Origin: Planctomycetota bacterium | GTDB taxonomy: Bacteria > Planctomycetota > UBA1135 > UBA2386 | Assembly (NCBI GenBank): GCA_965223545.1 | Contig: OZ245006.1 | Span: 3,072,001 to 3,136,000, forward strand | Direction of reading: 5' to 3' | Length of the DNA stretch: 64,000 nucleotides | Shown here: positions 49,827 through 59,973 of the stretch, one piece after another | How the letters are laid out: each line of letters opens with the position of its first letter | Numbering within the stretch: the stretch's first letter is position 1 | Position numbers and translations under genes: made by a program | Notes under the pieces: generated by a model | What the model was told of the DNA's origin: nothing | Seen by the model: the letters and a program-made list of their open reading frames with translations, nothing else | Database searches by the model: none

Positions 49827-51419
49827 ATGCCATCCACGCCCCCGCCCTCCCCACTGCCCAACGCGTGGTGGCTGTCGTTGGCCGTCGTCACCGCACACTG
49901 CGGCGTGGCGCTGTGGTTCGTCGCCGGGCGGTCGACCGGCACGGACGCCGCGCTGACCGGGTTTCCGATCGACGACGCGTGGATCCACATGGTGTACGGC
50001 CGCGCCGTCGCCGAGACGGGCCTGCCCCACTACAACCCCGGCCAGCTGGAGACCGGCTTCACGAGCCCGCTGTGGATGCTGCTCTTGGCGGCAGCGCACT
50101 GGCTCGCGCAGGCCGCCGGCTGGGCACCGTGGGCGGTGGCCAAGGCGTGCGGAGTTGCCCTCGGTGCCGTGACGGCCAGCCTGGTGCTGCACTTGACCTG
50201 GCAGCTGACGCGCAACGTCGCCGCGGCCGCCTGCGCGGGGATCCTCGCCGCGCTGAGTCCACACGCGGTCTTTGCCGGCCTGTCGGGAATGGAGGTCACC
50301 CTGTCGAGCTGCGCCGCGCTGGCCGCGCTGCTCGCGTACTGCCGGGGCCGTCCGGCGCTGACCGGTCTGGCGCTGGCGGCGGGCGTCGCCAGCCGCCCGG
50401 AGGGGTTGTTGTTGGTCGCCGTCCTGGCGGTGGCCGAAGTCGTCCGCCGGCGCACCGCGACGGGCACGGAACGAATCCGCGCCGCGGCCGCCCTCTGCGC
50501 CCCGTCCCTCGCCGTCGTCGTGTCGTGGTCCCTCTACTGCATGGTCGCGACCGGCCGCCCGCTGCCCAGCACGTTCTACGCCAAGCTGGAGGCAGCCGGC
50601 GACGGACGCACGCTGGCGGCACTGATCGACGTGGCGCGCATGCTTCCCGCCCACACCTACGGCGCGGGCTTGCTGCTGCTCGGCGCCGCCATGGCCGGCG
50701 CCGCGCGCCACCGCCTCCGGGTCGAGCACGCCGTCGTGCTCGCCTATCCGTGGCTGTTCTGCCTGGCGGTCGCACAGACGCGAAGCTTGCCGGAGCCGTT
50801 CGCCGACCACTTCTATTGGTGGCGCTACTTCGCGCCCGCGTTGCCGATCGTCGCCGCGGGCACAGGCCTCGGCATCGCCGCTCTGCTGCGGGCCGGCGAA
50901 CCCGCCCACCTGCCCCGCCGGGTCGCGGCCGCGGCGGGCGCCGCGCTCGCCTTGGCAAGCCTGACTCCGCACGCTCCGGCCCTGGCGAGTTCCCGCGACC
51001 GGTTCGCCTCGGACTGTCAGAACATCGAAGAAGTGCAAGTCGGCCTGGGCCACTGGCTGGCGGCGCGCCCGCACGGCGATGGCGCCGCGGTCAACGACGC
51101 CGGCGCGATCCGCTACTTCGGCAAGCGCCCGGTGCTCGACCTGATCGGCCTCAACTGCGCCGAGCTGCTGACGCCGGGAGCGGGCACGGTGTACGCCGAC
51201 CCCGGCTCGCTGCGTCTGCAGATGCGGCTCGCCGGCCTGCGCTACCTCATCGTCTTCCCCGGCTGGTTTCGCGAGCTGGTCGACCATCCGGAGTTCGCAG
51301 CGGTCTTTCGTCCGCGGCTGCGCCACCACAGCCCCGAGTACACCGTCGCACCACAAGACAGCGGTCAGGACACCATGTGGGTGTTCGAGCTGCGGGCTAC
51401 GCCGGCCGCGCCGCGGTGA
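49827..51419 (+). CDS. Polytopic membrane protein, GT-C glycosyltransferase-like
   Basis: IDDAWIH..Y, GFTSPLW, SGME, RPEG, P.TFYAK, DAGAIRYF...DLIGL. Confidence 0.78.
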   Translation: MPSTPPPSPLPNAWWLSLAVVTAHCGVALWFVAGRSTGTDAALTGFPIDDAWIHMVYGRAVAETGLPHYNPGQLETGFTSPLWMLLLAAAHWLAQAAGWAPWAVAKACGVALGAVTASLVLHLTWQLTRNVAAAACAGILAALSPHAVFAGLSGMEVTLSSCAALAALLAYCRGRPALTGLALAAGVASRPEGLLLVAVLAVAEVVRRRTATGTERIRAAAALCAPSLAVVVSWSLYCMVATGRPLPSTFYAKLEAAGDGRTLAALIDVARMLPAHTYGAGLLLLGAAMAGAARHRLRVEHAVVLAYPWLFCLAVAQTRSLPEPFADHFYWWRYFAPALPIVAAGTGLGIAALLRAGEPAHLPRRVAAAAGAALALASLTPHAPALASSRDRFASDCQNIEEVQVGLGHWLAARPHGDGAAVNDAGAIRYFGKRPVLDLIGLNCAELLTPGAGTVYADPGSLRLQMRLAGLRYLIVFPGWFRELVDHPEFAAVFRPRLRHHSPEYTVAPQDSGQDTMWVFELRATPAAPR

Positions 51420-52134
51420 CGGTGGCCTCGGCCCAGCGCAGCACGTACCAGATGGTGGCGTCGCGGCGCGCAGCGAACTCCCGCAGCGCCGTCGTCCCCG
51501 CCCGCACGACGCCGGCCTCCAGCCCCACGCTCGCCACGACCTCACCCAAGCGGGCAATCGCCGCCGGAAACTCCGGCTCGCCTGCACAACAGCCGAACGA
51601 CAGCGACCGCGCTTTACGCGGCCGAGCACCGGCGTCACCCAACAGCTGCACCAGCTTCGCTCCCGCGCGGGCGTCGTTTCCCGCCTCATCGAACGCCGTC
51701 GCGTAGCGGCGCCAGACGCGCTCGAACTCCGGGACCGGCGGCCACAACGAGAGGGCCGCGTGGTCGTCATCGGCGAGGACCACCCGCCCCCCGGGCCGCA
51801 CCGCGTCCACCATCGAGCACACCACCGGCAAGGCGTCGCGCTGTGACTCGAGCACGAAGCGCGCGTGGGCGACGTCGAAGCGCCCGCGCTCGCCGGGGTG
51901 CAAGGGCAGAGCGGTGGCTTCGCCGCGGCGGAACTCGAACCCGGCCGCGGCGGCACGGGCGACGATCTCGGCGCTGGAGCTCCGGTCGATCGCCAGGACC
52001 GCCGCCGCACGGGCCGCGATCAGCGCGGTCAGCGCGCCGTCACCACACCCGACATCGAGCACCTTGTCGGTCGACGCCAACGCCAGCTCGGCGACGCACG
52101 CGGCGTTGAGCAGCTGCTCGACGATGCGCACCAC
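51397..52134 (-). CDS. Class I SAM-dependent methyltransferase
   Basis: VLDVGCGDG, FDVAHARFVLE, VRPGGRVVLADDD. Confidence 0.88.
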   Translation of the reverse strand: MVRIVEQLLNAACVAELALASTDKVLDVGCGDGALTALIAARAAAVLAIDRSSSAEIVARAAAAGFEFRRGEATALPLHPGERGRFDVAHARFVLESQRDALPVVCSMVDAVRPGGRVVLADDDHAALSLWPPVPEFERVWRRYATAFDEAGNDARAGAKLVQLLGDAGARPRKARSLSFGCCAGEPEFPAAIARLGEVVASVGLEAGVVRAGTTALREFAARRDATIWYVLRWAEATVTAARPA

Positions 52135-52161
52135 CCGACTCGCCTGCGGCAGTGGGGCCGG

Positions 52162-52722
52162 TCAGCCCGCCGGCCACAACCAGCCGAGCACCGCCGCGGC
52201 CGCCGCGGCGTAGAGCAGTCCGTCGAGCAAGAACTTCGCCGTGACGCCCCAGCGTATGCCCTTCCAAATCGAGTCGGTCACCGCGCCGAGACCGAAGCCC
52301 ATGAACGCCGCCGTCGCACAGAAGCGAAACACCGCGGCAAACTCCGCCTCGCGCGGCAACGCGAGCGCGGCGAGGTAGGCGACGAAGGCGCAGACGACGA
52401 TGCACAAGACGAACCACTGCCCCAGGCTCTTGCCCATCGCCGGCATTCCGGGAAGCACGACCATGGTGCCCACGGGCCCACGGCGGAGCTTCTCCTGCAT
52501 CTCGGGTGTGGACATCTCCTTGTACGACCCCGCACAGGGAAACATGTACTGACCCGGGCGCACGCCCGCGTCGCGCATCGCGGCCAGGACGGCTTCCTCG
52601 TTGTCGAGCTTGCCGTAGTCCTTCTGGTGGTAGGGCAGCACCATGTGCAACACCGAGCTGACCAGGAAGACCGCGACGGCCGCGCAGAGGATGGGGAGCC
52701 AAAACTCGGGGAATGGGATCAT
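52162..52722 (-). CDS. Conserved hypothetical membrane protein
   Basis: WLPIL..AVAVFLVSSVLHMVLPYH, PGQYMFP, about 4 TM segments. Confidence 0.8.
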   Translation of the reverse strand: MIPFPEFWLPILCAAVAVFLVSSVLHMVLPYHQKDYGKLDNEEAVLAAMRDAGVRPGQYMFPCAGSYKEMSTPEMQEKLRRGPVGTMVVLPGMPAMGKSLGQWFVLCIVVCAFVAYLAALALPREAEFAAVFRFCATAAFMGFGLGAVTDSIWKGIRWGVTAKFLLDGLLYAAAAAAVLGWLWPAG

Positions 52723-52905
52723 GGCACCAGCGCTGGCAAGGGTCGGACGACGCGCGCAAGGCTAGCCGATCGGGCCCAGGCCCCGCACCCGGCGCAGCCG
52801 CGAATCGGCCGAATTCGCGCAGCGATGGGCGCGGTCCGTGCCAGGGTCTGGGATCCTCCGCTGGGATCCCTCGCCGCCGACAAACGGTATTCTCGACCTG
52901 TCCCA

Positions 52906-53937
52906 ATGACCGCGATGCCGGAGCCCGCGCCCCGCGAACCCACCGCCCTGGAGCGCACGTGTGCCAGCTGGCCCGCGCCGGTGTTCGTGCTCAGCACCCG
53001 CGTTGGCCGCGGAATGCAGTCGTTGGGCGACGCCCTCGCGCAGCGCCTGGGCTCCCGCTGCGTCGCGCACGAGACCGTCGAGGACCATCTGCCCGGGCGC
53101 GCCCTGGCCGAGGACCTTCGCCACTACCGGAACATCTCCTGCCGCTTCCCAGCACTGCTGCACGTCGCCTATCGGTTTCCGCCGATCTACTGGCGCAAGC
53201 TCTGGCGCGAACGACGGCTCGCACCGACGGCACTGCACGGGCTGGCCGACGCCCTGCGCGGCAGCGGCGCTCGCACCATCATCGGCGTCAGTCACCGCCC
53301 GACGTTTTGGGCGGCGTTCGCCGCGCTCCGGCACGACCTGCAGGCCCGGTTGGTCGGCGTGCTCGGCGAGTACGGATCCAATCTCGGCTGGCGCTACCAG
53401 CCGTGGCAGCGGATCGACGGCTTCCTGACCCCGGTCACTACTGGACAGCTGCGCTTTCGGTTGCCGTCGAGCGTGCAGGTGACCGAGATCGATCTGCCGG
53501 CGCGCGCCGAGTTCACCGCGCTGAGCGGCCACGCGGGCGAGCCGCGCCGGCTGCTGGTCGTGTGTGGAATGTGGGGGCAGGGCCGGATCGACCGGGTCGT
53601 CGGCACCCTGCGCCAGCTCGGCGCCGCAGTCGATGCGGTCTGTGGCGAGAACGACGCCATGCTGGACCGGCTGCGCCGACGCTTCGGCGACGACCGCGGC
53701 GTCACCTGCCACGGCGTCGTGCCGAGCTTGGCCCCGCTGATGGCGCGCTGCCGCGGCGTCGTCACCAAGCCCGGCATCGCCACGATCACCGAGGCACACG
53801 CGGCCGGCCGCCAGATCTTCTTGCTGAGCGGCATGCCGGTCGCCGAGGACAACAACGCGCGCTACGCCCTCGACCACCTCGGGGCGGTGCGCTTTTCGCA
53901 GCCAGCCGTGCGCCGCTGGCTGGAGGGGGAGGGATGA
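52906..53937 (+). CDS. GT28/MGDG-synthase-like glycosyltransferase
   Basis: VGRGM N-terminus, AVCGEN, LMARC..VVTKPGIATITEA, EDNNARY. Confidence 0.75.
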   Translation: MTAMPEPAPREPTALERTCASWPAPVFVLSTRVGRGMQSLGDALAQRLGSRCVAHETVEDHLPGRALAEDLRHYRNISCRFPALLHVAYRFPPIYWRKLWRERRLAPTALHGLADALRGSGARTIIGVSHRPTFWAAFAALRHDLQARLVGVLGEYGSNLGWRYQPWQRIDGFLTPVTTGQLRFRLPSSVQVTEIDLPARAEFTALSGHAGEPRRLLVVCGMWGQGRIDRVVGTLRQLGAAVDAVCGENDAMLDRLRRRFGDDRGVTCHGVVPSLAPLMARCRGVVTKPGIATITEAHAAGRQIFLLSGMPVAEDNNARYALDHLGAVRFSQPAVRRWLEGEG

Positions 53938-55190
53938 GCCAGGGCCTGCGGACACCGGCCTCCCCGCCCACCGCGCTGCCGCCGAAACCGACGCCGAGCC
54001 ACTCCGGAGCGAGCAGCGTGCGCGGCAACCTGCGGTTGGCGCGCAAGCACCCGCGCTACTTCGCGCACCTGGCACTCAAGAAGCTGCAGTTCGCACGCCG
54101 GTTTCGCTGGATCCAACGCCACGGCAACTCCGACCGCCCGGTGCCCAAGCCGCTGGTGGTCAAGCTAATGCTCAACTGGAAGTGCAACCTGCGCTGCCCG
54201 ATGTGCATGCTGTGGGGCGAGGTCGGTTGGCTGGAGCAGGAGACCAAGGCCACCGTCGGCACCGAGCTCCCCTGGCAGGCCGTCGAGCGCGTCTTCGACT
54301 GGCGGCTGCCGGCCAACGCGTCGTTCATCCTGTCGGGCGGCGAGCCGACGATGTACGCGCACTTCGATCGCCTGCTGCGTCGCCTGCAAACGGAGCGCAA
54401 GTTCGCGATCATCTGCACCAACGGTCTCTGGCTCGATCGCTACACCGACGCTCTCGACGGCAACCCCTATCCAACGCTGCTGGTCTCCCTCGACGGGCCG
54501 CGCGAGACCAACGACCAGCTGCGCGGCAAGGGCGTCTACGACCGCGTGATCCAAAACATCGAGCGCCTGCAAGGACTGCGACGGCCGCCATTCATCGGCG
54601 TCCAATTCACGGTGATGCCCGAGAACGTCGCCCACATGGAGTCCTTCTGCGAGGAGATGGTGGCGCGCGGCGTCGACTGGATCCTGCTCAACCCCGGCTG
54701 GTTCTTGTCCGACGCACAGGCGCGCCGCTACGAGCAGGAGCTGCGGCAGAACTTCGACGTCGAGCCGCACACCCATCTCGGCTACGTGCGGACCTACGAC
54801 TACGACGCCGCCGCGTTCGAAGACGCACTGCGCCGGATCTGGCAGCGCCGCTGGCCGATCCAGATCGCCTCGCACCTCAAGGAGCCGGAATGGGTGCAGG
54901 ACTTCATCGGCCAGCCCGACAAGATCCTCGCCAACCGCCTCTGCTACAAGCAGTGGCTGCGGCTCGACGTCTTGCCCGACGGCAAGGTGACGCCGTGCGT
55001 TCAGTTTCCCGATCTCACCGTCGGCGACCTCAACACGCAGACCGCCGATGAAATCTGGCACGGCGCGGAGAACCGCCGATTCCAGCGCTTTGCGCACGGC
55101 AAGAGCCTGTCGATCTGCGCCAAGTGCGACAACCTCTACCTCTACAACGGGCGGGGTGCCGGCCCCGCCCGCTTCCGCGCCGCGCGCTGA
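53934..55190 (+). CDS. Radical SAM / SPASM-twitch domain protein
   Basis: CNLRCPMC (CxxxCxxC), SGGEP, TNG, VSLDG, C...PDGKVTPC, CAKC; ATGA overlap. Confidence 0.9.
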   Translation: MSQGLRTPASPPTALPPKPTPSHSGASSVRGNLRLARKHPRYFAHLALKKLQFARRFRWIQRHGNSDRPVPKPLVVKLMLNWKCNLRCPMCMLWGEVGWLEQETKATVGTELPWQAVERVFDWRLPANASFILSGGEPTMYAHFDRLLRRLQTERKFAIICTNGLWLDRYTDALDGNPYPTLLVSLDGPRETNDQLRGKGVYDRVIQNIERLQGLRRPPFIGVQFTVMPENVAHMESFCEEMVARGVDWILLNPGWFLSDAQARRYEQELRQNFDVEPHTHLGYVRTYDYDAAAFEDALRRIWQRRWPIQIASHLKEPEWVQDFIGQPDKILANRLCYKQWLRLDVLPDGKVTPCVQFPDLTVGDLNTQTADEIWHGAENRRFQRFAHGKSLSICAKCDNLYLYNGRGAGPARFRAAR

Positions 55191-55196
55191 TCACCC

Positions 55197-56528
55197 TTGG
55201 CCATCGACTTCAAGCTGCGAGAGTTCTGCCATCCGCGGCGCATCGGGCAGCTGCACCGCACGCTGCGGCGCACGCAGTGGTTGCCGCCGGATGCGCTGCA
55301 GGAGTACCAGGACGCTCGGCTGCGGGCCGTCGTGCGCCACGCCGCAGCCCACGTGCCGTACTACCGCGCACTATTCGCGCGCCTGCGGCTGCGCGCAGAG
55401 GACATCCGGACCGCGACCGATCTGCAGCAGCTGCCGCTGCTGGACAAGCGCACGCTGCGGCGCCAGCCGGAGGCACTGCTCGCCGACGACGCCGACCGAC
55501 GCCAGCCGCGCTGGCACCGAACCAGCGGCACCACGGGCGAGCCGCTGCGGTTCGTTCTCGACCGGGACGCCAACGCACTCGAGTTCTGCTACTACTGGCG
55601 GCACTGGAGCTGGGCCGGCTACCGGCTCGGCGCGCGGTTCGCAGAGCTCGGCTGCACGCACTTCCTGCGCCGCGGCCGCGCCGCGCACGCGGTCCACTGG
55701 CAGCCCCTGCTCCGCCGGCTGATGCTCAACAGCGGGCAAGTGTCCCCGTCGACCGCCCCGGCGATGGCCGCGGCCCTGCGCCGGCACCGCCCGCGGTTCC
55801 TCAAGGGTATGGCGTCGGCTCTGTTCCACTTGGCCCGGTCGCTGCGTGACGCCGGCGTCGACGACTGCCGGATGCGGGGCGTGTTCTCGACCGGCGAAGT
55901 GCTCACCGCGGCACAGCGACAAGTCATCGAGCAGGTGTTCGGCTGTCCGGTGCTCGATTCCTACGGCCACATGGAGCGCACCGCCGGCATCGCGCAGTGT
56001 CCAGCCGGCGGCTACCACGTGCAGAGCGACTACGGTCTCGTCGAGCTGCGCGACGTGCGGACGGCTTCGGACGGCACGCGCCTGGCGCGCGTCGTCGGCA
56101 CCTCGCTTTACAACCTGGCGATGCCGCTGCTGCGCTACGACGTCGGCGACGACGTCGAGCTGCCCCCCACCCATCGGCCGTGTCCGTGCGGGCGCACCCT
56201 GCCACTCGTCGCCGGCGTCCGCGGCCGGACCCAGGACACGCTGGTCACCCCGGACGGCCGCTTCATCACCTCCGCCTTCGTCTTGTTCGAGATGGTCGAC
56301 GGCATCGCCGGCGCGCAGATCGTGCAGGAGGCGCCCCACGCCGTGCGACTCGTCGTCGTCCCCGAACAAGGGTTCGGCAAGCAGCACGCCGCGGCCCTGC
56401 GCGACCTCGCCACGCAGCTGCTCGGTCCGGAGATGAAGGTCGAGGTCAGCACCGCGCGGGCCGACGAGCTGCAGCGCGGCGCGACCGGCAAGTTGCGGCC
56501 GGTCATCGCGCTCGGTGTCGGCGGCTGA
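55197..56528 (+). CDS. Phenylacetate-CoA ligase / CapK-like adenylating enzyme
   Basis: VPYYR, LPLLDK, TSGTTGEP, DSYGHME, MPLLRYDVGD, GRTQD, TGKLR. Confidence 0.88.
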   Translation: MAIDFKLREFCHPRRIGQLHRTLRRTQWLPPDALQEYQDARLRAVVRHAAAHVPYYRALFARLRLRAEDIRTATDLQQLPLLDKRTLRRQPEALLADDADRRQPRWHRTSGTTGEPLRFVLDRDANALEFCYYWRHWSWAGYRLGARFAELGCTHFLRRGRAAHAVHWQPLLRRLMLNSGQVSPSTAPAMAAALRRHRPRFLKGMASALFHLARSLRDAGVDDCRMRGVFSTGEVLTAAQRQVIEQVFGCPVLDSYGHMERTAGIAQCPAGGYHVQSDYGLVELRDVRTASDGTRLARVVGTSLYNLAMPLLRYDVGDDVELPPTHRPCPCGRTLPLVAGVRGRTQDTLVTPDGRFITSAFVLFEMVDGIAGAQIVQEAPHAVRLVVVPEQGFGKQHAAALRDLATQLLGPEMKVEVSTARADELQRGATGKLRPVIALGVGG

Positions 56529-56574
56529 GGCAGCCGGACTCCGGACTACGAACTCGCCGATGATCCGAGCAGCC

Positions 56575-57441
56575 TCACACCCGCGGCAATCCCAGGAAGT
56601 GGCTGATGAAATCGGCGTGGACGTTGCCTGGATCGGACTGCCATAGGTCTTCCAGCCAACTCACGTAGAGTTCGGTCCAACGCACGACATCCAGGGCATC
56701 CTCCGCTGCGCCGGATAGCCCTTCGCCAATCTCGATCGCCAGTCGGCCGTCACCGCCGAAGGCCGACGCAACCGTCAGCACGCGCGCCCCACTCATCGTC
56801 GCCAGGTGACCGAACCCATCGCGCACCGGATAGCGCCGGCCGCAGAGCGGCATCGTCGCGAACGCGGCGCCGTGGCGGCCGTCGGCAGCGAGGTGCACGA
56901 CGCCGCCGCCGCTCAACACGGCCAACGCCCGGTGCAGGACCGCCGCCCCGTTGAGCCCCTCGAGCCGCAGCACGTCGAGTGGCGCGGCGTCCGGCGCTGG
57001 CCGCGGCGCCGGCATCCGGCGCTGGATCGAAGTCAACGCGATGCCGGCGCGGGCGAGCAACACCGGCACCAGATGGCAACCGCCGACGTGGGCACCGGCC
57101 AGCAAGACACCGCGGCCAGCGCGCGCTTCTTCGGTGATCCGCTCGACACCTCGCAAACGCACGGCGGGGCGGAGCGACGACCACGGAGCCAGCTCCGCCA
57201 TCGCCATTTGCCAACGCCGACCACCGAACAGCGGCGAGGCCAGCAAGTGCACCGCCCGCGCCGCGGCGCGATCGGTCCGCGCGTCGATCGCGCCGGCGAA
57301 CTCCTCCAACCGACGCAACCGGGCGCGCGCCAGCGTCGCGTGCAGCCAACCCGCCGACGCCACGCGGCACTGCGCGCGCCGCACCCACGCCGCCGGCAGG
57401 CGGGCGGCCAGGCGAGCGCCGAGCCGCGGCCTCGCGGTCAC
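56575..57441 (-). CDS. LpxL/lysophospholipid-type acyltransferase
   Basis: GRGVLLAGAHVGG, VHLAADG, PLCG, GFGHLA..SGA; GTGA overlap. Confidence 0.75.
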   Translation of the reverse strand: MTARPRLGARLAARLPAAWVRRAQCRVASAGWLHATLARARLRRLEEFAGAIDARTDRAAARAVHLLASPLFGGRRWQMAMAELAPWSSLRPAVRLRGVERITEEARAGRGVLLAGAHVGGCHLVPVLLARAGIALTSIQRRMPAPRPAPDAAPLDVLRLEGLNGAAVLHRALAVLSGGGVVHLAADGRHGAAFATMPLCGRRYPVRDGFGHLATMSGARVLTVASAFGGDGRLAIEIGEGLSGAAEDALDVVRWTELYVSWLEDLWQSDPGNVHADFISHFLGLPRV

Positions 57442-58544
57442 GGCGTATACCCCCACTCGGCGAAGCAGGGCTGCGCGATGGCGCGCACCGCGCGGCGCTG
57501 CGCCGGCGTCAATTCTTCGGCCGGCCGCCGCTGGTGCCGCGCCACCGCCGCTGCGTGTTGCGCGAAGTGCGGTTTGGCGGCATCGAACCCGGCCAGCCCC
57601 AACTCCTCGTAGATCGTGCGCAGGGTCGCCAGCGGGGACTCGACCAGCGCGTCGTAGCCGACCTCGACCCACGCCTCGCGCGGCAGCGCGGCCCGGTCGG
57701 CGAGGTAGCGCGCGTGCACGTCGCGATAGCGGTCCAGGATCCACTGCGGAAAGGGGTCGCGCTGCTCATCGCCGGGCTGCATGCGCAGCCATCCTTGCAT
57801 GACGCGTTCCATGGCGACCGTCGAACGCACGACATCGTACGGGTGGCGGTGCACGTGCACGAACCGCGCCCCGGGAAACGCCCGCGCCAACAAGCCCAGG
57901 CGCGCGGTGTGTGCCGGCGCCTTGAGCACCACGCGGCCGTGGCGCAGGCTCAGCTTGGCGACCCAAGTGCGCATCGCGGCGACCCAGCGTTCCGACTCGC
58001 CGGCGTCGGCCCCGCCGGAGATCCAGCGGGCGTAGTGCGCCCGCGCCGCCGGAAACACCGCCCCGAGGTAGCTCGAAGCGAGGGCGAGACCGAGGAGCGC
58101 GTACTCGTCTTCGGCAGCCGCGTCGTAGCCAAAGCGCATCCCGTCCACCAACCGCGTGCCGGGGAGCACGCCTTGCAGAAGGCGGGGTCCCCACCTGCCG
58201 GTCAACAGGAACGTCGAGGGGAAGCTGGCCTCGTACACCGTCGGCGCGGAAAGATCGGGGTCACGGCGCAGGTACTCGTGGAGCAGCGTCGTGCCGCTGC
58301 GCCAATGGCCGAGCACGACGACCGGCGGCACAGGCGTGGCGCGCCGCCACCGCCGCGCGTAGCAAAGGGTCTCGACCCCACCCAGCACCGAGTTGACGGC
58401 GCTGGTGACCGTCACCGTCATCGCCTTCGGCCAGTAACGCGGTGGGATCGCGGTCCCGTGCCTCCACACCAGCTGCGCCCAGCGACCCGCGGTGATGCCA
58501 CCCAACATGCCCGGCGCCAGCCAAGTGCGCCACCACCGCCGCAT
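57438..58544 (-). CDS. PAPS-dependent sulfotransferase
   Basis: VVLGHWRSGTTLLH, EDE, VLKAPAHTAR, FVHVHRHPY, YDALVESP. Confidence 0.9.
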   Translation of the reverse strand: MRRWWRTWLAPGMLGGITAGRWAQLVWRHGTAIPPRYWPKAMTVTVTSAVNSVLGGVETLCYARRWRRATPVPPVVVLGHWRSGTTLLHEYLRRDPDLSAPTVYEASFPSTFLLTGRWGPRLLQGVLPGTRLVDGMRFGYDAAAEDEYALLGLALASSYLGAVFPAARAHYARWISGGADAGESERWVAAMRTWVAKLSLRHGRVVLKAPAHTARLGLLARAFPGARFVHVHRHPYDVVRSTVAMERVMQGWLRMQPGDEQRDPFPQWILDRYRDVHARYLADRAALPREAWVEVGYDALVESPLATLRTIYEELGLAGFDAAKPHFAQHAAAVARHQRRPAEELTPAQRRAVRAIAQPCFAEWGYTP

Positions 58545-58563
58545 CGGCCCCGCCGTCCGCACC

Positions 58564-59973
58564 TCAGTCCTCGACCACGTGGGTGGCGAACCGCTGGCGC
58601 GCCGCCCGCCATGCGTCCGCGTCGAATCGGCCGTCGGGTCCCAGGCAGGCGGCCGCGGTGGCGGCCATGTCCAAGCCATGGTGGGTGTTGTCGTGAGCGA
58701 ACAAGCCCTGCCGCCCCAGCGTGAGAATCCCGGGCAGCGACGTCAGCCACTCGTCGATGCGCCGAAAGGACGCCTCGAATCCCACCGGATACAGCGGGTA
58801 GGCGTGCTCGACCCGCCGGCTGAGGACCTGACGCACGATGGCGTTGTCCACGGGCATGCCGGCACGGCGCAGCCCGCCCACCACCAGCATGCCGAGCTCG
58901 TCGTCCGGCATCCGCCACACGACATCGTCGGTCGCACAGGGCAGCTCGGCACACAGCACCGTGACACCCGGCGGCTGGTCCGTCCCGGAGTAGTTCTTCG
59001 GTTCCGACACGCGCGTGAACGGCGCGTCCGGCTCGGGGAAGTAGTGCGCGTCGAACTCGGTGACGCGATCGCGAGCGATCACCAAGTAGACCAGCAGCAT
59101 CGCGCGAAAGCGCAACGCCGCCGCCGCCTCGCGCACCTCCGGCGGCGCCGCCGGCCGCAGCACGCGCGCCAGCGCGGTCAGCGGAATCGTCGAGTACACG
59201 TGGTCGACGGTGAGTTCACCGCCGGCACCGTCCCGGTCGCCGCCGTACTGCACATTCCAGCGCTCGCCCCGACGAACGACAGCGGTCACCGGAGCGCGGC
59301 GCCGCAGCCGCGCACCGGCGCCCTCCGCCGCCTCGGCCAACCGCTCGGAGATCTGACCGAACCCGGCGGCCGGATAGAGGAAGACGCCGCGCTCGCCGCG
59401 CGTCGCCTTGGGACCCGGCAGCGCGCGCCGCACCATCGCCGCCAGCGACCGCGCGCCGACGCGCCGGCGCGCCTGCTCGGGCGCGATCTCGTCGGGCTCC
59501 ATGCCCCAGATCTTGCGCGCATACGGGAAATAGAACCGCTGGCACACGGTGCGTCCGAGCGCGGCCTCGAGCACCGAGCCGAAGCTCTCGCTGCCGTTCG
59601 CCGACGACCGCCGCCGCAAGACGTCACGCGCGACGCCGCCGGCAAACGACGGCGGCAACCGCGTCAACAGATCGCCGGCCCGCAGTGGAAACCGCAGCCA
59701 ACGCCCGAGCAGCCGGATGCGCCCGCGGCGCGGGCGGCGCAAGAGGTCGTCCCCCAACAGCTCTTCGAGCCGAGTCAGGACGGCTGGGCTGGCGGCCGGA
59801 TGCAGCCGATGACTGCCGTAGTCGACGCGCACTCCCGCCAACTCGAAGCTGCCGGCGTTGCCGCCGAAGTCCGCGGCGCGCTCGAGGAGCGTGACCTCGG
59901 CGCCGCCTTCGGCCAACGCCAGCGCCGCCCCGAGTCCCGCCGGCCCGCCGCCGAGTACCGCCAACGACGTCAT
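58564..59973 (-). CDS. FAD-dependent oxidoreductase (protoporphyrinogen oxidase / UDP-galactopyranose mutase-like)
   Basis: VLGGGPAGL, DYGSHRLH, KIWG, FLYP..GFG, AYPLY, GRQGLF. Confidence 0.87.
   Translation of the reverse strand: MTSLAVLGGGPAGLGAALALAEGGAEVTLLERAADFGGNAGSFELAGVRVDYGSHRLHPAASPAVLTRLEELLGDDLLRRPRRGRIRLLGRWLRFPLRAGDLLTRLPPSFAGGVARDVLRRRSSANGSESFGSVLEAALGRTVCQRFYFPYARKIWGMEPDEIAPEQARRRVGARSLAAMVRRALPGPKATRGERGVFLYPAAGFGQISERLAEAAEGAGARLRRRAPVTAVVRRGERWNVQYGGDRDGAGGELTVDHVYSTIPLTALARVLRPAAPPEVREAAAALRFRAMLLVYLVIARDRVTEFDAHYFPEPDAPFTRVSEPKNYSGTDQPPGVTVLCAELPCATDDVVWRMPDDELGMLVVGGLRRAGMPVDNAIVRQVLSRRVEHAYPLYPVGFEASFRRIDEWLTSLPGILTLGRQGLFAHDNTHHGLDMAATAAACLGPDGRFDADAWRAARQRFATHVVED

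Noticed and set aside
52134..52164. Membrane-protein TGA is in frame with the downstream methyltransferase
   Set aside because: No redox motif or convincing SECIS, and the two domains are unrelated; treated as coincidence, although the methyltransferase start is uncertain.
55188..55199. Radical SAM stop TGA is in frame with the downstream ligase (TGA TCA CCC TTG): possible read-through or Sec
   Set aside because: Both proteins are complete on their own, the TGA is not in a Cys-motif context, and no SECIS-like hairpin follows. In-frame spacing occurs one time in three by chance.
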